NCBI GenBank assembly: GCA_964291265.2
Contig: OZ219747.1
Coordinates: 3,072,001-3,136,000, forward strand
Direction: 5' to 3'
Source of the DNA: Alphaproteobacteria bacterium
GTDB lineage: Bacteria; Pseudomonadota; Alphaproteobacteria; SP197
Length of the DNA: 64,000 bases
Positions 52,319 to 61,145 of the stretch are shown here, piece after piece. Under the pieces are notes generated by a model, which saw nothing but the letters and a program-made list of their open reading frames with translations, made no database searches and had not been told where the DNA came from. The translations under genes and the position numbers were made by a program. The first letter of the stretch is position 1. Every line of letters starts with the position of its first letter.

Positions 52319-54672
52319 TGTTCGGAGTTGACGGCGTCGAAATCGGACTCATCATCACCCTGGCATGCCTGTTTGCCGGGATCCTCTCGGGATATCCCGT
52401 GGCTTTCGCCATCGGCGGATCCGCGCTTGTCGCCTTTGCCATCATTGCCGGTCTGAGCGAGTCCGGTCTGCTGATGAAGGACATCATCGACAGCCGCAGT
52501 GACGCCTACGCGGCGCTGATCGGTGCGGGCGTGAAGGAACACGCGATCACCCTCTTCCGCTATCCCGACCTGCCGACGCTGACCGTTCCCGTCTTCGAGA
52601 ACGGCGTCGATGGCGCCTTCTTCCGCATCCTGACGTTCATCGTCAACCGGATGAACGAACGCGTTCTTGCCGGCCCGTCCATCGAGTTGCTCCTGGCCGT
52701 TGCCATGTTCATTCTCATGGGCATCTCCCTGGAGCGTTCGAGGATCGCCCAGGACCTGCTCACGTCCATGGCCCGTGTCTTCGGCGCCCTGCCGGGAGGC
52801 CTGGCTGTCTCGGTGGTGGTGGTGGGCGCCTTTCTCGCCGCCTCGACCGGCATTGTCGGCGCCACCGTCGTCACCATGGGGCTACTGTCCCTGCCCACCA
52901 TGCTGCGCAACCGGTATTCGCCCGAACTGGCGACAGGCGTGATTTCGGCCTCCGGTACCCTGGGGCAGATCATCCCGCCATCGATCGTGATCGTTCTCCT
53001 CGGAACCCTCGCCGGCGATCTCTACTCGACAGCCCAGGAAGAACGCGCGTTGACGGCAGGGTGCCGCGACGCCCTTACCTATCTCGGCGAGGCGGCCGTG
53101 GTCTCCGTGGGCACGCTGTTCAAGGCGGCGATCGTTCCGGGCCTGCTCCTGGCCTTCATCTACGCGGCCTATGTGTTCTGCTATGCCCTCGTGCGCCCTT
53201 CCAAGGCGCCTCCCGTGCGCGTTGCCGCCGCGGGCCTGATGGATGAGGGTTCCACCCTCAACCATCGCCTCTTCTGGTTCCTCGCGGTCCCGGGTCTGAT
53301 GATGGCCCTGGCCGGGGGAATGGTGGCAGCCGGCATCGCCGGTCCGCAGACCGTCGACCGGCTGGCCCTCGTGGAGCGGCCCGAGTTACCGGAACTGCGC
53401 ACCAATGTCCCCGACGACTGCAGGGATTCCATGATCGAGCTCCACGGGCAGGAGAAGTGGGATCGGTCGGTGGCCATGGCGGAAGTCGGGGCCGCGGCAG
53501 GCTTCATCGCGCCAACGGACACAGAGCTCGATGTTCTCGAGGCCGAAGCGATCGCCTTCCTGCCGCCGGTTTCCGAGACACTGCTGATCGGTCTCGTCCT
53601 GCTGGGGCTGGTCATGTCGATCGCCTGGGGCGTCGCGCCGTCGGTCTCGCGCCGCCCCCTTCTCGTCGGCGCCGGCGGGATCGTCGCCACGCTGGCGGCC
53701 GACGCCTGGCTCGTGACACCCGTGATGAGCAGCGGAACCGCCTGGCTCATCCTCGCGCTGCCGGTGGTTGCCGCGCTCCACGGTGTGCGCCATGCCCTGC
53801 CGCGCCTCGCCGAGGTCGAGGTCCTGCGTGTCGTGTTCCCGCCTCTCGTTCTCATCGTTGCCGTGCTCGGTTCCATCCTCGGCGGCGTGACGAGCCCGAC
53901 CGCCGCAGCCGGTCTCGGCGCGTCGGGCGCACTGATGCTGTCGGCCTACCGCCGCCTCTCCGAGCGCAAGGACCGCCGCAAGGGCAGGTTCATTGTCATG
54001 TCGGCGTGGGCCGTCGTGGTGTTCCTGCTCGTGGGCACCAGTTTCGATATCAGAACCTCGATCGAAGTGGTCGGATTCGAGAACTGGCTGGCCTTCATCG
54101 TGTCCGTCGTCGCTTACCACGTCGCCTTCGCCGGGCTCATCTATTCCTGCGTCATTCTCTACCGCGAGGGGCTTCTGCGGTCAGTCGTGCGCGACACGGC
54201 GAAGGTGACGGCCATGGTGTTCGCCATCCTGATCGGCTCCCAGATGCTCAACCTCGTGGTGATCTCCTATGGCGGCGAAGAACACATCCAGGAGTTCCTG
54301 CGCTCCTTCGATGACGAGATGGTGGTGTTCCTCGTGGTCATGGCGGTGCTCTTCATCCTGGGATTCGTCCTTGACTTCCTCGAGATCATCTACATCGTCA
54401 TTCCCATCGTCGGGCCGGTGATCTATGGCGGCACGCTCGATCCCAAGTGGGTGACGATCATGATCGCCGTCAACCTGCAGACCTCGTTCCTGACGCCGCC
54501 CTTCGGATTTGCCCTCTTCTACCTGCGCGGCGTGGCGCCTCCGGGCATCACGACAGGGCAGATCTACAGGGGCGTGGTGCCCTTCGTCATCATCCAGCTG
54601 GTCGGACTCACGCTGATGTGGCTCATCCCCGACATCACCACCTTCCTCCCGGAACTCCTGCCGGAGCACTGA
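52315..54672 (+). CDS. dctM: TRAP transporter large permease (with internal insertion)
   Basis: GYPVAF, AASTGIVGA, SGTLGQIIPPS, QTSFLTPPFGFALFYL. Confidence 0.9.
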   Translation: MMFGVDGVEIGLIITLACLFAGILSGYPVAFAIGGSALVAFAIIAGLSESGLLMKDIIDSRSDAYAALIGAGVKEHAITLFRYPDLPTLTVPVFENGVDGAFFRILTFIVNRMNERVLAGPSIELLLAVAMFILMGISLERSRIAQDLLTSMARVFGALPGGLAVSVVVVGAFLAASTGIVGATVVTMGLLSLPTMLRNRYSPELATGVISASGTLGQIIPPSIVIVLLGTLAGDLYSTAQEERALTAGCRDALTYLGEAAVVSVGTLFKAAIVPGLLLAFIYAAYVFCYALVRPSKAPPVRVAAAGLMDEGSTLNHRLFWFLAVPGLMMALAGGMVAAGIAGPQTVDRLALVERPELPELRTNVPDDCRDSMIELHGQEKWDRSVAMAEVGAAAGFIAPTDTELDVLEAEAIAFLPPVSETLLIGLVLLGLVMSIAWGVAPSVSRRPLLVGAGGIVATLAADAWLVTPVMSSGTAWLILALPVVAALHGVRHALPRLAEVEVLRVVFPPLVLIVAVLGSILGGVTSPTAAAGLGASGALMLSAYRRLSERKDRRKGRFIVMSAWAVVVFLLVGTSFDIRTSIEVVGFENWLAFIVSVVAYHVAFAGLIYSCVILYREGLLRSVVRDTAKVTAMVFAILIGSQMLNLVVISYGGEEHIQEFLRSFDDEMVVFLVVMAVLFILGFVLDFLEIIYIVIPIVGPVIYGGTLDPKWVTIMIAVNLQTSFLTPPFGFALFYLRGVAPPGITTGQIYRGVVPFVIIQLVGLTLMWLIPDITTFLPELLPEH

Positions 54673-54778
54673 TCGTCCGCTATCCGGGCACCGGTCTCCC
54701 GCTCTCCGCTTGTCCGACCGTCATCAGCGAGGTGCAATTCGAGAGACGCGAGGACCTCGCTCGCCTTCCGGTCCGCGC

Positions 54779-55519
54779 TCAGGCGGACCTCGGCGGGAGG
54801 TCGGTCCAGCCTTCGCTCGTGAGGGCCTGCAGCGGGCGGAAGTTTCCCTTGTAGGACATCGTTTCACTGCCAGCGATCCAGTAACCCAGGTAGACATGGG
54901 CGCGGCCTGTCTTGAGTGCGTGCTCGATGTGCCAGAGAACGAGCCAGGTACCGAGGCTGCGGCGCGCCATGTTCGGATCGAAGAACTTGTAGACGCCCGA
55001 AAGCCCGTTCTCCATCCAGTCGCTGAGTGAGACGGCGACGAGGACTCCATCGGCGTTTCGAGCCTCGACGAGGCGGGTATCGACAGGCGTGTCACAGACC
55101 ATCTCCCTGAAGTCGTCGTAGTCCATCATCGACATGCCGCCTCCCTGGTGGCGCGCCTCGATGTAGCGGCGAAAGAGCGCATGGTGTTCCGGCGTGGCCC
55201 GAGGGGCGGTGAGGCTGACCTCGAGGTCACGGTTGCGGCGCAGGATGCGGCGGTGACTGCGCGATGCCTGGTAGTCCGCCACCGGAATCCTCACGGCGAC
55301 GCAGGCATCGCAACCGGTACACGCCGGCCTGTAGGCCACCTGGTGGGAGCGTCGGAATCCAGCCTGACTCAGCACGTCGTGGAGTCGTTCCGGCTCGTCC
55401 GCGGCCTGGAGGTCGGTCATGACCATCTGCTCCTCCCGATCCGGCAGGTAGGAACAGGTACGTTCCCGCGAGGCAGAAAACAGGACAGGCGGCCGTCCCA
55501 TGTTCCTTCGCTCCTTCAT
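54779..55519 (-). CDS. ATE1-like aminoacyl-tRNA-protein transferase (Bpt)
   Basis: CSYLP, GFRRS, YRP.C..C..C, RSLGT, YLGYWI..MSYK. Confidence 0.9.
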   Translation of the reverse strand: MKERRNMGRPPVLFSASRERTCSYLPDREEQMVMTDLQAADEPERLHDVLSQAGFRRSHQVAYRPACTGCDACVAVRIPVADYQASRSHRRILRRNRDLEVSLTAPRATPEHHALFRRYIEARHQGGGMSMMDYDDFREMVCDTPVDTRLVEARNADGVLVAVSLSDWMENGLSGVYKFFDPNMARRSLGTWLVLWHIEHALKTGRAHVYLGYWIAGSETMSYKGNFRPLQALTSEGWTDLPPRSA

Positions 55520-55640
55520 ATGATGCGACCACTCCCATTTTCCGGTTGGTCCCGGGCATGGCGTGGCGGCGCGACCCGGAATTGAACCGTGCAGTATAGC
55601 AGACCCCCTTCGGCGGACGGTCCCATGCCGGTGATCGACT

Positions 55641-55824
55641 CAAGACTATTCTTTTGTCCAGGTTCGCCCGACGAGGGGGCGGCGTAGGCAGATCTGGAGG
55701 TTCATTCGGGACCGGATTTCGTTGTCGATATGCCGGTTCCGACCTCGAGAAGGAACACCACTCACTTCAAGAACGGCCACTGACGCGGTTGTCCACCGCC
55801 GATCGCGACAACAGAATGGTCCTG
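55641..55824. repeat. MITE-like element, left copy (184 bp)
   Basis: imperfect 18-bp TIRs; direct-repeat similarity to 57627-57808. Confidence 0.8.
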
Positions 55825-55979
55825 TCTGGTCGTATCCGTCCCTTGCTCATGGACCGTCGGGCGGATAGCGTGGCCGTTGTGTTCAGGCGCGACCGCACCG
55901 GGACATTCGGAGCCTTTACAGGAGAAGTGCCGAGCTCCCGCCTCAGCTGCAGGTTCCACCGCCGCGAAGGGAGAGACCG

Positions 55980-57545
55980 ATGAGCCGTCGCCGTCTTCCG
56001 ATCGGGATCCAGGACTTTCCGACGATCCGCAGCGAGGACTTCTACTACGTCGACAAGACCTCGCTCGTCCGGCGTCTGGTGGACGAGGGGCGCCACTACT
56101 TCCTGTCGCGTCCGCGCCGTTTCGGCAAGAGCCTGCTGCTTGACACCCTGCGATCGCTGTTCGCCTGTGACGAACCCCTGTTCCGGGGACTGGACATCCA
56201 CCCCCACTGGGACTGGTCGGCGCCGCATCCGGTGGTGCGGCTGAGCTTCGGCGGGAAGTACAACGAACCGGGCGAGATCGAAGGGGACATCATCGAGCAA
56301 CTGGAGGGCGTGGAGCGCGGGTACGATCTCCCGCCAGCCCGGACATCCGATACCGGTCCGAGGCGCCTGCGGAACCTTCTCGACCGCCTTCACGGCGCCA
56401 CCGGCCGGCAGGTGGTGGTGCTGGTGGACGAGTACGACAAGCCGATCCTCGACGTGCTCCACGATCCCGGGCTTGCGAGGGCCAACCGGGACTACCTGCG
56501 CGGCTTCTACGGCATCGTCAAGGACAGCGCCAGGCATGTCCGCTTCGTCTTCGTCACCGGTGTCAGCATGTTCTCGAAGGTCAGCCTGTTCTCGGGTCTC
56601 AACAATCTCGAGGACATCAGCCTTGATTCGCGCTTTGCCACGATCTGCGGCTACCGCGAGGAGGATCTCGACCGTGTGTTCGGGCCTGAGCTTGTCGGAC
56701 TGGACCGCGAGGAGATCCGCACCTGGTACAACGGCTACCACTGGCGGGGCGGGGAACGGGTCTACAACCCCTACGATGTGCTCCTGTTCCTGCGGAGCCG
56801 CGAGTTCCGTCCCTACTGGTTCGAGACCGGGTCGCCTGACTTCCTGTTCCGCATGCTGATGGAGAAGTCGGTGAGCCCGATGGAACTGGAGGGGCGGCTG
56901 GCGGGCACGTCCCTGGTCTCGAAGTTCGATGTCGACGACATCGCCATCGAGGCACTGCTCTTCCAGACCGGCTACCTGACCATTGCGGGGGAGGAGAAGC
57001 AGGGCCACAGGACCCTCTACCGGCTGGACTATCCCAACCTCGAGGTCCGGCTCAGCCTCAACGACGAGCTGCTTGCCTGGCTGGGCAGGAAGGGGATCGA
57101 GCCGCTGGAGCGGGGCCGCGAGTTCTGCGCCCTGCTGGAGGCGAACGACTTCGCCGGCTTCGGCGAGAAGCTCCGCGCCTGGCTTGCGAGCATTCCCTAC
57201 CAGTGGCATGCGAAGGGCGACCTGGCGCGCTACGAGGCCTGGTATGCGAGCCTTCTCTATATGTGCCTGCGTTCGGTCGGGGTGAATTTGAGCGTGGAGG
57301 AGGCCTCGCACCGCGGCCGTGCGGACATGGTGGTGCGCCTCGGCGGTCAGGTCTTCGTGCTGGAGTTCAAGATGGCCGAGGGCGAGGGGGACGGCGCTGC
57401 GGCGCTGGATGCGGCGCTGGCGCAGATGCGCGAGCGGGGCTATGCCGAGACCTACCGCGACCACGCCGGCCCGGTCCACCTCGTCGGCGTGGCCTGCGGG
57501 CGCGAGGCGCGGAACCTCCTCGACATCCGCGCCGAATCTGCATGA
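55980..57545 (+). CDS. AAA-ATPase-like protein with C-terminal PD-(D/E)XK nuclease domain
   Basis: LPIGIQDF, YVDKT, RPRRFGKS, LVDEYDKP, YWFETG, GRADM..VLEFK. Confidence 0.9.
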   Translation: MSRRRLPIGIQDFPTIRSEDFYYVDKTSLVRRLVDEGRHYFLSRPRRFGKSLLLDTLRSLFACDEPLFRGLDIHPHWDWSAPHPVVRLSFGGKYNEPGEIEGDIIEQLEGVERGYDLPPARTSDTGPRRLRNLLDRLHGATGRQVVVLVDEYDKPILDVLHDPGLARANRDYLRGFYGIVKDSARHVRFVFVTGVSMFSKVSLFSGLNNLEDISLDSRFATICGYREEDLDRVFGPELVGLDREEIRTWYNGYHWRGGERVYNPYDVLLFLRSREFRPYWFETGSPDFLFRMLMEKSVSPMELEGRLAGTSLVSKFDVDDIAIEALLFQTGYLTIAGEEKQGHRTLYRLDYPNLEVRLSLNDELLAWLGRKGIEPLERGREFCALLEANDFAGFGEKLRAWLASIPYQWHAKGDLARYEAWYASLLYMCLRSVGVNLSVEEASHRGRADMVVRLGGQVFVLEFKMAEGEGDGAAALDAALAQMRERGYAETYRDHAGPVHLVGVACGREARNLLDIRAESA

Positions 57546-57626
57546 TCAAGGGTTACCATGCTCGCGATACCGTCCACATCGACCGCACCCGAACAGGAGT
57601 TTCACCGGTTCGTCAAGTCAGGGCAG

Positions 57627-57808
57627 CAAGGGCTATTTTTGTCCGGTTTCGTCCGACGAGGAGGCGTTGCAGGCAGATCGGGAGGTCCATTCGGGAGCGG
57701 ATTTCGTTATCGATATGCCGGTTCCGACCTCGAGAAGGTGCCACCAACTTCAAGAACGGCCACTCTGACGCAGTTGTCCACCGCCGATTGCGACAAAGAA
57801 TGGTCCTG
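57627..57808. repeat. MITE-like element, right copy (182 bp)
   Basis: same orientation as left copy; shares TCGATATGCCGGTTCCGACCTCGAGAAGG and ACTTCAAGAACGGCCACT blocks. Confidence 0.8.
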
Positions 57809-58318
57809 GTGATCGACTCGGGCCCCTTTTCGAACAGGCGATGGGACGGACCGATCACGGTCGGGCATGAGAGTTCGCCAATGACCTGACGGCGAAGAAT
57901 TTCTTTTCCTTCCAGATTTTTGCGGGCATGACCTGTATCGTGCAAGCAATTGGATGCACATGACCGGCCTGACGCGGCACACCGTCTTCTGCATGGCGGC
58001 GAGGGGAGTCCGCGGGGAAAGGCTTGGGCTGGTTGTTGGATCTGGGAGGACTCCTATTGCGAGAGGACAACGAGGTGACAGCCGTGCTGTTGCGAGAACC
58101 TCAGGTGTTGCCCGCCAAGCCCTGCAGCCGCTATGTCGCCGGGCGTGAAGCGCCGGCACGGCATATGAATGCCATGGTGTGGAAGGACTGCATGGCGGTC
58201 CGCGCTGCCTGACGGTCAGCCTCCACTTGTGCACAGGGGATCACGGTGCATCCCTCGTCCCATCCTCGCGTGTTGGTTATCGTGGCTGTTGTGCTCTGTG
58301 CGAATGGAAGTCTCTCGA

Positions 58319-60175
58319 ATGACCCTCATCGATGATTACCGGAATCCCTCTGCGTCTATGCTGCTCGGCTTGCTGAACATCGAGCATCTGGATGTGATGG
58401 TGCGATGGCTGTCGCCGCCACAACCATGGCCGTCACGCAAGGCCGAACTGATCGACACTGTCGAAGCCGCGCTCCACGGCGAGTCGCTTCGCCGTATCTG
58501 GCGGGAGCTCGACGAATTCGAGAGGCTCGCTGTGAGCGAGGCGCTTCACGGAGAAAGGGGCTACGACCCCGTGCGGTTTGCCGCCACGTACGGAACACTG
58601 CCCAGGGGTCATCTCCCGGTCTTCAAGTGGGCCTCGATGCCCTTCCGGTTGATCTTCCATTCGAGAGAACGTCGGGGCAGCACCAGCGACCTCTTCATAC
58701 CCCGAGACCTGGCAGATCGCCTGCGGCCCTTCGTTGACGAACCGCCGGAGACGTCCCTTGACAGTCACGATGAGGTGCCGCGAACCGTCTGGCAGCGGCC
58801 TCCCTTCCACTTCATGGATGATGACGAGGAGGAGCCGGCAATCGAGAGCGAGGTCCTGTGCCGGGGCATGGAACAGACGGCACAACGCGATCTCGTCACC
58901 GTGTTGCGCCTGATCGATCTTGGCCGGATTGGCGCCAGCGCGAAGAGCCGGCGGGCGACGGCAGCCGCCATGCATCACATCGAGGAGGGGCTCGCCGGGG
59001 GAGACTTCTATGCGGCATCCGGGCAGGAACGCGAGGCCTGGGAGCAGGAAATCGGGCCCATCAGGGCCCATGCCTGGCCCTGGCTCGTCCAGGCCGGAAA
59101 GCTCGCAGAGGTGCGAGGCGCGAAGCTGGCCCTGACCAAGGCTGGCTACAAGGCCCTGGGTGCGGCGCCGGCCGAGACCTTGCGCCTGGTGTGGCGGCGG
59201 TGGGTCGCGACCTCGCTGCTCGACGAGTTCAGCCGGATCGATGACATCAAGGGCCAGAGCAGCACCAAGGGCAAGCGCGCGAGGACGGCCGTGGCGAAGC
59301 GACGTCCCGTCATTGCCGAGGCCCTGGCGGAATGTCCCGTTGGCCGATGGGTGCTCCTCGACGATTTCTCCGATTACATGCGGGCCGAAGCCTTCGACTT
59401 CGAGATCACGCGCGATCCAGGGACTCTCTACATCGCCGACTCGTACTATGGTTCCCTGGGATACGGCAACCGTCACGAGTGGCACCTTCTCGAAGGCCGC
59501 TACCTTCTGTGCCTGCTGTTCGAGTATGCCGCCACACTGGGCCTGATCGATGTCGCCTACACGCCTCCGGTCAACGCTCGGCCGGACTTCGTGCATATGT
59601 GGGGAACCGAAAGCCTGAAATGGCTCAGCCGTTACGACGGTCTGCTCTACTTCCGACTGAACCCGCTCGGCGCGTACTGCCTGGGGCTGGTCGACACATA
59701 CGAGCCTGGCGTCCCGGAGGCGCGGACTTCGCTGAGTGTCTTTGCCGACCGCCGTGTCACGATCCGGGAATCCCTGACGCCGGAAGAAGGGCTGATCCTC
59801 GAGACGATTGCGGAATCCGAGGGGGACGGCGTCTGGCGCCTGTCCGACGAGAAGACAATGAACGCGCTCGAGAACGGGCGGGATGTCAAGGAGTTCTTGA
59901 ACTTTCTTGCGGCGCGGGATGATCAGCCCCTGCCGGAGGCGGTCGAGGGGTTCTTCAGGAATGCGGAGCGCAGGGCCCGCGCGCTCACGGTGCAGGGTTC
60001 CGCACTCCTCATCGAGTGCGCCGACGAGGAGACGGCCGCCAGGGTGGCCGGCGACCGGAACTCGGCGAAACTCTGCGTGCGCGCCGGGAAGACACTTCTC
60101 GTTGTCCGGACGCCCCAGGAGGATGCGTTCCGCAAGGCCGTGCGCAACCTCGGTTATGGAATGCCGCCCACCTGA
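58319..60175 (+). CDS. helicase-associated (XPB/Ssl2 N-terminal-like) domain protein
   Basis: C-terminal W.LS......ALENG......FL......PLP..V pattern; no Walker motifs; start uncertain. Confidence 0.55.
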   Translation: MTLIDDYRNPSASMLLGLLNIEHLDVMVRWLSPPQPWPSRKAELIDTVEAALHGESLRRIWRELDEFERLAVSEALHGERGYDPVRFAATYGTLPRGHLPVFKWASMPFRLIFHSRERRGSTSDLFIPRDLADRLRPFVDEPPETSLDSHDEVPRTVWQRPPFHFMDDDEEEPAIESEVLCRGMEQTAQRDLVTVLRLIDLGRIGASAKSRRATAAAMHHIEEGLAGGDFYAASGQEREAWEQEIGPIRAHAWPWLVQAGKLAEVRGAKLALTKAGYKALGAAPAETLRLVWRRWVATSLLDEFSRIDDIKGQSSTKGKRARTAVAKRRPVIAEALAECPVGRWVLLDDFSDYMRAEAFDFEITRDPGTLYIADSYYGSLGYGNRHEWHLLEGRYLLCLLFEYAATLGLIDVAYTPPVNARPDFVHMWGTESLKWLSRYDGLLYFRLNPLGAYCLGLVDTYEPGVPEARTSLSVFADRRVTIRESLTPEEGLILETIAESEGDGVWRLSDEKTMNALENGRDVKEFLNFLAARDDQPLPEAVEGFFRNAERRARALTVQGSALLIECADEETAARVAGDRNSAKLCVRAGKTLLVVRTPQEDAFRKAVRNLGYGMPPT

Positions 60176-60215
60176 GAAGAAGGCGACCTGGTCGCAGGAG
60201 CGAAGGAGAAGCGCC

Positions 60216-61145
60216 ATGTCGGGGCGGGTCTGTCTTGTCGGGCTGGGGACCATGGGTCGGCCGATGGTTCAGCGTCTTGCTGCAGCAGGGCTGAGCGTGG
60301 TCGGTTGGGACATCGATGCCGAAGCGAGAAGGGGTCTCGGCACTCCATCCCTCCAAGAGACGGCGCACGATGCCGAGACCGTGATCACCGTGCTTCCCGA
60401 TGGGGAGAGTGTCGCCGGCGTTGTCGAAGCCCTTCTCCGCCAGAGAGGAGGGCGCATGTTCCTCGACTGTTCTTCCATCGATGTTGCCACCACGCACCGC
60501 CTTGCCAGGGCGGCGGATGGTGCGGGTTGCGGTTTCGTCGATGCGCCGATGTCAGGCGGCCCTGAAGGTGCGCGCGACGGAAGCCTGAGCTTCATGGTCG
60601 GCGGAGCCTGCGACCACGTGGCTCGTGCCGGTCCCCTGCTCGACATCCTGGGACAGCGGATCACGCATTTCGGCGGACCCGGTTCGGGCCAGGCCGCCAA
60701 GGCCTGCCACAACATGATCTGCGGCATCACCATGCTCGGGGTCTGCGAGGCCTTTGCCCTGGCGCAGTCCCTCGATCTCGATGCCGGGAAGTTCCTCGAT
60801 CTGTGCCGCGGCGCCGCGGCGCAGAGCTGGATCCTGGACAACCGCTGTCCGGTGCCTGGACTTGCGCCCGATGTACCGGCGTCCCATGGCTATGCCCCGG
60901 GGTTTGCCGCACGGTTGATGGCCAAGGATCTGGCTCTCGCCCAGGAGGCGGCGGCGACCTGCGGTCAGATGACCCCCCTCGGCGCCGAAGCCGCCCGGCG
61001 TTTCGCCCGCTTTGCCGCGTCCGGCGACGGCGACCTCGACATCTCCGCCATCTATCGGGCCATCCGTCCCCTTGTCGATGACGGGGTGATGTCAGACTCT
61101 GAGACGGGCGTTGCCGGGGTCGTAGAAGGGCAGGGGAGACGGTGA
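60216..61145 (+). CDS. 3-hydroxyisobutyrate dehydrogenase family
   Basis: GLGTMG.PM, DAPMSGG, GSGQAAKACHN, LMAKDL; SD AGGAG. Confidence 0.88.
   Translation: MSGRVCLVGLGTMGRPMVQRLAAAGLSVVGWDIDAEARRGLGTPSLQETAHDAETVITVLPDGESVAGVVEALLRQRGGRMFLDCSSIDVATTHRLARAADGAGCGFVDAPMSGGPEGARDGSLSFMVGGACDHVARAGPLLDILGQRITHFGGPGSGQAAKACHNMICGITMLGVCEAFALAQSLDLDAGKFLDLCRGAAAQSWILDNRCPVPGLAPDVPASHGYAPGFAARLMAKDLALAQEAAATCGQMTPLGAEAARRFARFAASGDGDLDISAIYRAIRPLVDDGVMSDSETGVAGVVEGQGRR

Larger units (their letters stand above)
55641..57808. mobile_element. putative MITE-bounded composite transposon with 10-bp target duplication
   Basis: GTGATCGACT at 55631-55640 and 57809-57818; outer ends CAAGACTATTCTTTTGTC / GACAAAGAATGGTCCTG are imperfect inverted repeats. 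Confidence 0.7.

Noticed and set aside
61092-61145. Convergent 3' overlaps (also 23534-23554, 31631-31659)
   Set aside because: Short tail-to-tail overlaps are common in compact high-GC genomes
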